The notes beneath the pieces are model-generated. The model worked only from the letters and a program-made list of their open reading frames with translations, ran no database searches and was not told where the DNA came from. 51,967 bases of DNA from Thermoplasmatota archaeon. GTDB taxonomy: Archaea; Thermoplasmatota; Thermoplasmata; Thermoplasmatales; ARK-15. Location of the stretch: the NCBI GenBank assembly GCA_031961605.1, contig JAVRLH010000001.1:1-51967 (forward strand). Direction: 5' to 3'. Position numbers and translations under genes: made by a program. Within the stretch, counting starts at the first letter, position 1. Each line of letters starts with the position of its first letter. Positions 8,768-16,538 of this stretch are shown piece after piece.

Positions 8768-9706
8768 ATGGACATGATAGTTTCTTTTAATGCAAAAAGG
8801 GATATTTTCAATGAATATAATATAGGTAGGGTAATATTTTTAAATGAAGCAACGTATAAGGATATTGAGAATGCGGAAATACTATTCGCATTCAGGTTTG
8901 AGGATGAGCTAAATGATGAAACATTCAGAAAGATGAAGAATCTGAAGATTGTTCAGAGTTTGCTTGCGGGAGTGGATTATCTTCCATTCGAAAAACTGAA
9001 GGGAAAGGTTATTCTGAAAAATTCAGGTGCATTATCTTGGCTTATTGCTGAGCATGTTTTTGCCATGATACTTTCTGCATCAAGAAACATTGTTAAAAGA
9101 ACAATAAACATGAGAAATGGTCTGTTTGAGCAGACAGATTCTGGCGATACAATCAGGGGTAAAACAATTCTCATCATTGGTTATGGATCCATTGGTAAGG
9201 AGGTTGCAAAAATAGCAAAATGCTTTGATATGGAAATTCTGGCCATTGGGAGATCTGAGAAATGTGAACACTGTGAAAAATTCGGTTATCTTGAAAGTTT
9301 GCATGAGTTTTTGCCTCTTGCTGATATAGTTGTTGTTTCAATACCATTGACAAAGGAAACTAAGGATCTCATTGGAAAAAGGGAACTTGAATTGATGAAG
9401 AAAAATGTTATATTTGTGAACATTGCAAGGGGGAAGATAATTGATCAAGAATCATTTTACAACCATCTCTTAAAAAACAGAGAAATGAAAGCATGTCTTG
9501 ATGTATGGTGGAAATATCCAAGGTTGAATGAAAAATTCAAACAGGATTTTCCATTTGAAAATCTTGATAATGTGATCATGACACCACACCAGGCCGGAAT
9601 TTATAAAAATTACTTTGATGATATGGTTAGGTCAGGTGTAAGAAACATACTTAACTATTTAAAAGGAAATATGGAAAATGTTGTGAAGATTGAAGATTAT
9701 CTATAA
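8768..9706 (+). CDS. D-isomer-specific 2-hydroxyacid dehydrogenase family protein (second paralog)
   Basis: IIGYGSIGKEVA Rossmann motif, SLLAGVDYL and MTPHQAG. Confidence 0.85.
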   Translation: MDMIVSFNAKRDIFNEYNIGRVIFLNEATYKDIENAEILFAFRFEDELNDETFRKMKNLKIVQSLLAGVDYLPFEKLKGKVILKNSGALSWLIAEHVFAMILSASRNIVKRTINMRNGLFEQTDSGDTIRGKTILIIGYGSIGKEVAKIAKCFDMEILAIGRSEKCEHCEKFGYLESLHEFLPLADIVVVSIPLTKETKDLIGKRELELMKKNVIFVNIARGKIIDQESFYNHLLKNREMKACLDVWWKYPRLNEKFKQDFPFENLDNVIMTPHQAGIYKNYFDDMVRSGVRNILNYLKGNMENVVKIEDYL

Positions 9707-9937
9707 AAAAACAATTTCCTCATTTTCAACATATGTTCTGTAGAAAGGGCAATCAATATTTTTTCCATCGCACTTGAATGTTTTCATCTTTTTACAGTAT
9801 CCGTCCCTGTAATACGCACATAAACCCTCAGGAACAATGAATTTGCCGTAAATTTTACATTTTTCCCCTATGCATTTGAAACCCCTGTATGGGCCGTGGC
9901 AAATACCATTTTCATCCTCAAATGCACATCTCATCAT
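9701..9937 (-). CDS. small Cys-rich protein (10 Cys in 78 aa), probable metal-binding, function unknown
   Basis: MMRCAFEDENGICHGPYRGFKCIGEKCKIYGKF..CAYYRDGYCKKMKTFKCDGKNIDCPFY. Convergent 6-nt overlap with the dehydrogenase. Lies at the border of the accessory island. Confidence 0.5.
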   Translation of the reverse strand: MMRCAFEDENGICHGPYRGFKCIGEKCKIYGKFIVPEGLCAYYRDGYCKKMKTFKCDGKNIDCPFYRTYVENEEIVFL

Positions 9938-9959
9938 TTTTCAGTAATTGAACTAAAAC

Positions 9960-10449
9960 TTAAATTTTCCCAAACGTCAACTACCCACCCTGACGGATGG
10001 GGTTTGCTGCTGGTCTCCACCACACCCGTAAGCATGGATTCATTGAGCCGCAACGATTGGCTGGTTGACAGCAGCCTGAGATACTCAGATTCAAAGAAGA
10101 AACAAAAATATACTGTTGAAAAAGGATACGGTAGTAGAAAGAATTTCAATTATCTGGTGAGTAATAATGTAAAATCAGTTAATAATATTGCCAGGTAAGA
10201 ATGTGAGAACAAGAGCAATTGGATCACGGCAAGAGCAAAGGTAGTAAGAGAAATCCATAAAATGGGTTTAGAGGAATGGAAAGGATCTGTTGAATACAGT
10301 AAAATATGGAGAGTAGAAATATTCTTTCCTGCATTGAAAAGAGTGTGGGAGAAATGATAAAAGCAAGGAAGTTTATCTATCTTGTTCAAGAGTCATAAAT
10401 GAAGATTTACTATTACCTTATTTTAAGAAAATACACGGTGGTGAACTAA
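9960..10449 (+). pseudogene. degraded IS5-family (DDE_Tnp_1-type) transposase remnant
   Basis: One frame reads ...LLLVSTTPVS...VEKGYGSRKNFNYLV...(TAA at 10196-10198)...WKGSVEYSKIWRVEIFFPALKRVWEK(stops at 10355-10360). A shifted tail reads EMIKARKFIYLVQES. The 'Y..R..vE..F..lKR.fGE.i.ar....Q..E' block is the IS5-type C-terminal signature. At ~150 codons it is far too short and is interrupted. Confidence 0.55.
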
Positions 10450-10527
10450 AAATGATTAACATAACCTTTAGTTTACATGCTAGGAAACACCAAAAAATAT
10501 TTATAGTATTGTCTAATATTTTTACAT

Positions 10528-10935
10528 ATGACAAAATTGAATATAAATGAGTGCCCGTACTGTCATTCAATTATGATGTTATCAAAGGCACCTTTTTTAT
10601 ATCATGGTTCATACATAGGGTTATTTGAGGCTTACATTTGTCATCATTGTATGCGAGTTTATTTTACAGAAAGAGCTTACGAGAAAATTATGAGAGTTCC
10701 AACATCATTGGAAGATTTTACACCGTTTGAGGATCAACAATCTGTAAATCAAATTTCCAAAGCTACTAATTTAATAGTTATATCTAATCCTTCAAAATTA
10801 AAAATCTCAACGATTTCAAATAATAAGTTAGAGGTGGAACAGGAAAAGCCTGAGATCATATTAATGCAATCAAGTAATTTTAGGAATGAAAAAATGTATT
10901 CAAATAAAATAATACCTTTAGAGAGTGCGATTTAA
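10528..10935 (+). CDS. YgiT-type (MqsA-N-terminal-like) zinc-finger protein with a low-complexity C-terminal tail
   Basis: CPYC-x27-CHHC with an FLYHGSYIGLFEAYICHHCMRVYFTERAYEKI pattern like YgiT-type fingers. No recognisable HTH follows. Confidence 0.6.
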   Translation: MTKLNINECPYCHSIMMLSKAPFLYHGSYIGLFEAYICHHCMRVYFTERAYEKIMRVPTSLEDFTPFEDQQSVNQISKATNLIVISNPSKLKISTISNNKLEVEQEKPEIILMQSSNFRNEKMYSNKIIPLESAI

Positions 10936-11435
10936 ATGATATCATATATACCTACTCCCGAAAACACTGAAGATTTAGAGTTCTGAAATTCGATTATAAT
11001 CAATATCAAGTTTCTGTTGATGAAATTCCTGTTAAAATTAAAGGAATTTTAAGGGTTGCTACAGTTCCAGTTAGAATACTTAAGGTTAAGGAAAAAATCA
11101 ACCAAAAACCTCAATTTATTGTGCACTCAATAAACGTAGTTTCTTTTGTCAATAAAGGCCAATAAGGTATACCAAATTCTAACCCTTTAACACCTGATGA
11201 GCTAAATAGTATTGAAAGAAAAGACATAACTGAAAAGCTACACGTGTTAATAGAACCTTATAATTATTACATCACAGTAAATACAGAACCTTATTTTGCT
11301 ATCAGAACGAAGACAACTATAATCAAGGCAGAAGTTCTTATAGGTCGATTTGATGATTATGGGAATCCTATGTTCTTACTTGAACTAAATACTGCAATAA
11401 GTTATGCAATTGAAAAAGACATTCATTATGATTAA
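10936..11435 (+). pseudogene. disrupted ORF of unknown function (one frameshift plus one in-frame TAA)
   Basis: The ATG at 10936 (TAAATG overlap with the upstream gene) gives MISYIPTPENTEDLEF, then TGA at 10984. Another frame is open from 10971 (KFDYNQYQVSVDEIPVKIKG...VNKGQ). A TAA follows at 11163-11165, and the same frame then continues (GIPNSNPLTPDELNS...EKDIHYD) to 11435. Confidence 0.5.
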
Positions 11436-11460
11436 AAAATAATTTAGGGTGGAATCTAAT

Positions 11461-11706
11461 ATGTCTGATCCATGGAAAGATTGTGAATTATTATTTGATG
11501 AAAATGATGGACATTTTTTTGAGCGTATGAAAGATAGGTCTTATTCAGGCCCTGATTTTAGAGAATTTTTGATAAAAGGTACTAAGCACCTCGAATCTAA
11601 GAAAAAAAATTGTGAACAGGATTTTAGTGTAGAATTCTCCGGATGGGTAATAAAATGTAAAGTAAGATGTTGTAACATAGTTATGGGAACTTTGTATCAA
11701 AAGTAA
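11461..11706 (+). CDS. DUF4258-like small protein (putative toxin component)
   Basis: HFFERMKDRSYSGPDFREFLIKG...IVMGTLYQK resembles the 'H..eRm.eR.i....i.evl..G ... vvTvY' pattern of DUF4258. An SD-like GGGTGG lies 8 nt upstream of the ATG at 11461. Confidence 0.5.
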   Translation: MSDPWKDCELLFDENDGHFFERMKDRSYSGPDFREFLIKGTKHLESKKKNCEQDFSVEFSGWVIKCKVRCCNIVMGTLYQK

Positions 11707-11844
11707 AATAAGCCCTAAAGATATATTTTAGAAGTAATTTAAAGGAGTGATGCAAATTTTTTGTAAACAAAAATGTAACATATTCTGTAAGTTTCAAAAA
11801 TTTTTGATATTATTAAATTTTTTAATAAGTATTAGCTTAATTAA

Positions 11845-12735
11845 TTAAACTAATACCTTGATGCTCGTTGAGTCATTCAAATCAGCATGTATCTCGAAAC
11901 CACATTGTTTGCATTTGAATGTTGATCCATTTCTGTTGTTTTTCTCAACATAGTCGCATTTTGAGCATCTCAGTGATGTGTATTTTGGATCTACATAAAT
12001 ATTTTACCTAATTCTTCTGCTTTGTATTCAATGAATTTCTGCAATTGATATGGTGACCAATTGCCAAGCTTTCTGTTAAATTTTCTTCCATTGCCCTTAT
12101 TTCTCATCTTTGATGATTTTAGATCCTCAAGAGAAATTCGTCATAAGGGAGATTTACTATTTTCTTCGCTATAACATGATTTGTATCAAGCACGAACTTT
12201 CTTTTTTGAACACTCACCTTTTTTAATTTTCTATGAGCGGATCGAGTGCCTAAGTGCTGCAATTTTCTTTTTACATGTATATCTGAATCATTGCATATAT
12301 TTCCGCATCAAATATGACCTGCGCATTTGTATATTCGCCCCTCTAGTTGTCTATCAATGTTGAATTTGCCACTGTAAAATTTAATCTACCATTCACTTTA
12401 ACAAATGAAATTTTACGTGAATCTGGATAGAATTTGAATGTTCTTTTATCATACCTTACTGCAAAAGATTTTCTGTGTATTTTCTTATCTAATTTTCTTT
12501 GTTTCAATGCTTCTGCTGCCTCATCTCTTGCAGTCTGTACAAGTGCTGATGGTAATGTTGGTATTTTCTTTCTTATTTTTTTATATGTTCCCTTGTTTAG
12601 TTTATTTTTATAAAAATTTTGTTTTTCATATCCATAATTTAAGACAATTTGGCACGCTTCTTTAAACTGTTTCCCTGTTTCTATAAGTGCTTGATCGTAT
12701 GGTAATTTTACCTTAATTGTTCTGAAAATATCTTA
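11845..12735 (-). pseudogene. tnpB: heavily degraded IS200/IS605-family tnpB (OrfB) relic
   Basis: My translations on the minus strand are RTIKVKLPYDQALIETGKQFKEACQ...LPSALVQTARDEA...RYDKRTF (N-terminus) and HVKRKLQHLGTRSAHRKLKKVSVQKRKFVLDTNHVIAKKIVN. They continue with ISLEDLKSSKMRNKGNGRKFNRKLGNWSPYQLQKFIEYKAEELGKI and VDPKYTSLRCSKCDYVEKNNRNGSTFKCKQCGFEIHADLNDSTSIKVLV*. These blocks lie in different frames, separated by stops. There is no start codon, and the RuvC-I D-containing segment appears to be deleted. Confidence 0.8.
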
Positions 12736-12747
12736 CCAGAATATATT

Positions 12748-12830
12748 TAATATATATTTATTAATATTTCGCTTTCATCCCTCCCTTACGAAAGGGGTCT
12801 TCTCACTCATGGAAGATAAAATTTTAATTA
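12748..12830. repeat. ~80-nt AT-rich repeat with a short GC hairpin (copy A), abutting the 5' side of the tnpB relic; candidate IS200/IS605 end or MITE-like element
   Basis: ...AATATATATTTATTAATATTTCGCTTTCATCCCTCCCTTACGAAAGGGGTCTTCTC... has stem CCCTT (12783-12787) / AAGGG (12792-12796) with loop ACGA. It resembles 47745-47826 at roughly 65-70% by eye. Confidence 0.5.
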
Positions 12831-12852
12831 GTCCTTTTCATATATTTTAATA

Positions 12853-14526
12853 ATGTTTATACTTGATGAATTTAAAGATAGAATTTCGGAAATACTTGAA
12901 AAAAGAATAAAGGAAATTTATTCTTTGGATTACAAAGTACACCTTGTTGAACCACCGGAGAACATGGGAGATGTTTCATTTCAGCTCTTTGAACTTTCAA
13001 AGATATTGAAAAAGGATCCTGTGAGCATTGGAAGATCCATTATTGAAAATCTTAAAATCGAAAACATTGAGAAAATAGAACAGGTTGGTCCATACATAAA
13101 CATGTACTTTAATTTTAAAAATCTATCATACATATATTTCCAAAAGCTAATTTCTGAAGATAAACAAATCTTCCAATTCCCTGAGAAAAATAAGAAGGTA
13201 ATTCTTGAACACACAAGTGCGAACCCAACAGGTCCTCTTCATGTTGGAAGGGGAAGGAATCCAATAATAGGTGATTCATTGAAAAGGATCCTAAAAAAGT
13301 ATGGTTACAATGTTGAAACACATTATTTTGTGAATGATGCCGGGAGACAGAGTTCAACACTTGTGTGGGGAGTAAAAAATTTTGGTAAGCATGAAGATGG
13401 AAAAACAGATCATGTTTATGTGAAATTTTACCAGATGGCAAACGAAATTGTAGAAAAAGATAAGGAAAAAGGAAAAGAGATTGATGAACTCATGAGGAAA
13501 ATAGAATCCGGAGATAAGGAAACGCTTGAATTTTCAAGAACTGTTGTTTGTAAGGTTCTTGATGGTATTCTTGAAACATTGGCAAAAATGGACATAAGGT
13601 TTGACAGTGTTGTGTATGAGACAGAGTTCATAATAAACGGAATGGTACAGGAGGTTATTGAAAAATTAAAAACATATTTAAAAGATGAAAATGGTGCCCT
13701 GTATTTTCCTTTAAATGATGAAAAGATCTACCTTACAAGAAGTGATGGTACTTCACTCTATTTCACAAGGGATATTGCATACCATCTTTACAAAAGAAAG
13801 CTTGGTGATTTAATAATAAATGTTCTTGGTGAAGACCATAAGGCGCATGCGGATTCATTGTTAAAAGTTCTGAAAAAGATTGATGAAAATATAAAAATAG
13901 AAAATGTATTTTATTCGTTTGTTAGTTTGCCGGAGGGAAAAATGAGTACAAGAAGGGGAAGGGTTGTTTATCTCGATGATCTTCTGAACGAATCCATTGA
14001 AAAGGCAAGGATTGAGATAGAAAAAAGGAGGAATGATCTGAATAAAGAAAAAATAGATGAATTATCAAAAAAGATAGGAATAGGTGCAGTAAAGTTCAAC
14101 ATAATAAAAATACAGAGTGAAAAGCCACTTGTTTTCAAATGGGAAGAAGCACTAAACTTTGAGGGTGATTCATTACCTTTCTTACAGTATTCATATGCAA
14201 GGGCATCAAGCATTCTGAAAAAAATGGTATGGAAAAAAGAATTTTACCCTGAAAATATTGACCATCCAAGGGAGATTGCTCTTATAAAACTTCTTTTGAA
14301 ATATACAGAAATTCTAAAAGATTCAGCTGAAAGTTTAAAACCTTACAAAGTTGCAAAGTATGGCGTGGATCTTGCATCCGAGTTCAATTTATTCTATTCT
14401 GAATGTCCCGTTCTAAGATCTGAGGGGAAAACAAGGGAAAACAGGCTTGCATTGGTTCATGCATTTAGAGAAACAATGGGCGATTTGCTTGAAACCCTTG
14501 GAATAGATCATCCAGAGGAAATGTGA
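12853..14526 (+). CDS. argS: arginine--tRNA ligase
   Basis: 557 aa with HTSANPTGPLHVGRGRN (HIGH region) and a C-terminal anticodon-binding DALR-like domain. Confidence 0.93.
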   Translation: MFILDEFKDRISEILEKRIKEIYSLDYKVHLVEPPENMGDVSFQLFELSKILKKDPVSIGRSIIENLKIENIEKIEQVGPYINMYFNFKNLSYIYFQKLISEDKQIFQFPEKNKKVILEHTSANPTGPLHVGRGRNPIIGDSLKRILKKYGYNVETHYFVNDAGRQSSTLVWGVKNFGKHEDGKTDHVYVKFYQMANEIVEKDKEKGKEIDELMRKIESGDKETLEFSRTVVCKVLDGILETLAKMDIRFDSVVYETEFIINGMVQEVIEKLKTYLKDENGALYFPLNDEKIYLTRSDGTSLYFTRDIAYHLYKRKLGDLIINVLGEDHKAHADSLLKVLKKIDENIKIENVFYSFVSLPEGKMSTRRGRVVYLDDLLNESIEKARIEIEKRRNDLNKEKIDELSKKIGIGAVKFNIIKIQSEKPLVFKWEEALNFEGDSLPFLQYSYARASSILKKMVWKKEFYPENIDHPREIALIKLLLKYTEILKDSAESLKPYKVAKYGVDLASEFNLFYSECPVLRSEGKTRENRLALVHAFRETMGDLLETLGIDHPEEM

Positions 14527-15627
14527 TCATATTGCCTTGACTTCAACAACCCTCATCCTACCGTATCCAACGATCACTTTGTAGTAGCCTGAAAAGTTCA
14601 TGTCCAAAGACCTGTCACCCGTATCAACAAGTAAATATTTAAGACCCTGAAGTTTCAATGGTGTTGAAACTATTATAATATCTTCCTTTTTTATTCTTTT
14701 AAGAACTTCCTTAGTTAATTGAAGGTTTCCCCTTCCAATGATAAAACCCTGATTGCCTATGGGTGATAGGACAATTTTTACATTTTCATTGAGAAGTTTA
14801 AGTATTCCACTTTCATTAAGATCCTTTCCTATGATCTTTTTATTTTTTACTGCATCAAAACCAAGCAAGGTGAATTCAATACCCAGCAATTCCTGTATCT
14901 TTTTAACTGTTGTTCCTGGTCCGAGAATATAAACAACATCATCCTCCATGTTATCAATTATGAATTCTGCAATACCCTGCTTGTCTTCTTCATCCTCAGT
15001 TGAATAAATTTCAGCCTTGCTGTTTTGAACGAAATTTTCAACGTAAGGTACAATCAGATAGCCATACAATTTTATATTCAATTCATTCATCCTGTACTTT
15101 TCCTCATCAATGTCCATTACCTCCCTTTCCTGAAATAATACATTTCCTTCAATCAATTTTTTAAGAATTTCACATGCTGAGAATGGTGTTGGTGTAAATA
15201 CAGCTGAATACATTTTCACACCACTTGGTATTCCAAGGACTGGAATTTTTGAATCAACTGCCTCAACAATATCCCTTGCTGTTCCATCACCTCCAACAAA
15301 TATTAAAATATTTACACCATAATTGAGCATTAATTTTGCAGATTCTATTGTATCAAATCTATCTGTCCTCTCCTTTGATTCATAAACAACTTTGAAATTT
15401 TTAATGCCATATTGTTTTAGAACATTTTCACCCATTTTACCTGAAACAGTTAAAATATCAAAATTTTTCAATATTTCCTTTGAATTTTCTATGAATTCCC
15501 CTGCCCTTTCCTGTGAAATTTCTTTTGCTCCAAGATCCAAAGCTTTTTCATAAAGATTATCTGTACCCTTCAATCCAACACTGCCACCCATACCTGCAAC
15601 GGGATTAACTATGAATCCAAGGATCAT
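14527..15627 (-). CDS. ATP-NAD kinase-like protein (COG3199 family)
   Basis: N-terminal FIVNPVAGMGGSVGLKGTD and a FVGGDGTARDI (GGDGT) motif. The start overlaps the deacetylase stop by 4 nt. Confidence 0.7.
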   Translation of the reverse strand: MILGFIVNPVAGMGGSVGLKGTDNLYEKALDLGAKEISQERAGEFIENSKEILKNFDILTVSGKMGENVLKQYGIKNFKVVYESKERTDRFDTIESAKLMLNYGVNILIFVGGDGTARDIVEAVDSKIPVLGIPSGVKMYSAVFTPTPFSACEILKKLIEGNVLFQEREVMDIDEEKYRMNELNIKLYGYLIVPYVENFVQNSKAEIYSTEDEEDKQGIAEFIIDNMEDDVVYILGPGTTVKKIQELLGIEFTLLGFDAVKNKKIIGKDLNESGILKLLNENVKIVLSPIGNQGFIIGRGNLQLTKEVLKRIKKEDIIIVSTPLKLQGLKYLLVDTGDRSLDMNFSGYYKVIVGYGRMRVVEVKAI

Positions 15628-16538
15628 CCCATTTCCTCCTTTATTTTCTTTAATGCAAGATAGTAAGCATTTGAAGCATTCTCTGTATTATAACCTCCAC
15701 CACCAAGCATTACCATTCTACCTTTTGAAAATTTCCTCGCAATTTTATAGGTGAGTGAAACAGCATTAATGTAATCTTCCAATGGATACATTAGGTGTGT
15801 TAGAGGATCATTTTTAAGGCCATCAGCGCCAGCCTGCATTATTACGAATTCTGGACTTGCCTTTTCTGCAAAATTTTCAATTTTTTCGTAGGGTAAATGA
15901 TCGCTGTTGGCTTTCAGAATAACATTCATTTTTGTTCCTTCAGCATTCTTTGTGCCTTTCTCATTCTCAAAACCCGTACCTGGAAAAAGTGTTCTTGGAT
16001 CCTCATGGAAATCAATTATGAAAACATCCGGATCATCGTAGAAAGAATAGAAAACACCATCACCATGGTGTGCATCAATGTCAACGTAAAGGATCGGCTT
16101 TATGTTTTTGCTGAGCAGAAATTTCAAACCAATCGCAGCATCGTTGTAAACACAGAAACCTGATGCATGATCGTTATGTGCATGATGCAAACCTCCATTC
16201 AAGTTCACTGAAAGTGAATTTTTTTCTAAAGAATTTTCTATTGCTGTCAAAGTTGAATAAACAACCCAAAGGGCATGCTCATGGATATTTTTGTATGCGG
16301 GTGTATCACCGTAATCAAGGTAACCTGAACCAACATCTGACATGGTTTTAACAAAACTCACATATTCTTTTGTGTGAAAAAGGTAAAGAATATCATCTCC
16401 AAAATTTTTTGCATTTATAGGATAAGCTATTTTCTCATCCACTATTCTTTTACTTGCTATTTCAGCTTTCTCCGAGGAGAATGGATGATTTTTGAATGAA
16501 TAGAGAAATGTGTTTTTATCATACACTATGCTTATCAT
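15624..16538 (-). CDS. histone deacetylase-family enzyme (AcuC / acetylpolyamine amidohydrolase-like)
   Basis: GGLHHAHNDHASGFCVYND and VDIDAHHGDGV zinc-deacetylase signatures. Confidence 0.88.
   Translation of the reverse strand: MISIVYDKNTFLYSFKNHPFSSEKAEIASKRIVDEKIAYPINAKNFGDDILYLFHTKEYVSFVKTMSDVGSGYLDYGDTPAYKNIHEHALWVVYSTLTAIENSLEKNSLSVNLNGGLHHAHNDHASGFCVYNDAAIGLKFLLSKNIKPILYVDIDAHHGDGVFYSFYDDPDVFIIDFHEDPRTLFPGTGFENEKGTKNAEGTKMNVILKANSDHLPYEKIENFAEKASPEFVIMQAGADGLKNDPLTHLMYPLEDYINAVSLTYKIARKFSKGRMVMLGGGGYNTENASNAYYLALKKIKEEMG

Noticed and set aside
9985-10085. Locally GC-rich patch (ctacccaccctgacggatggggtttgctgctggtctccaccacaccc...) as a candidate tRNA, SRP or RNase P RNA fragment, or an att site
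   Set aside because: I could not draw a cloverleaf or find conserved SRP/RNase P motifs. The patch lies in the same reading frame as the downstream IS5-type 'RVEIFFPALKRV' block and reads like the 'vDsTpv' region of such transposases. A foreign-GC transposase relic is the simpler explanation, but an RNA search would be needed to exclude the alternative fully.
12181-12665. Plus-strand ORFs 12181-12363 and 12438-12665
   Set aside because: They are antisense shadows of the tnpB relic, with Phe/Leu/Tyr-rich low-complexity translations and no motifs.
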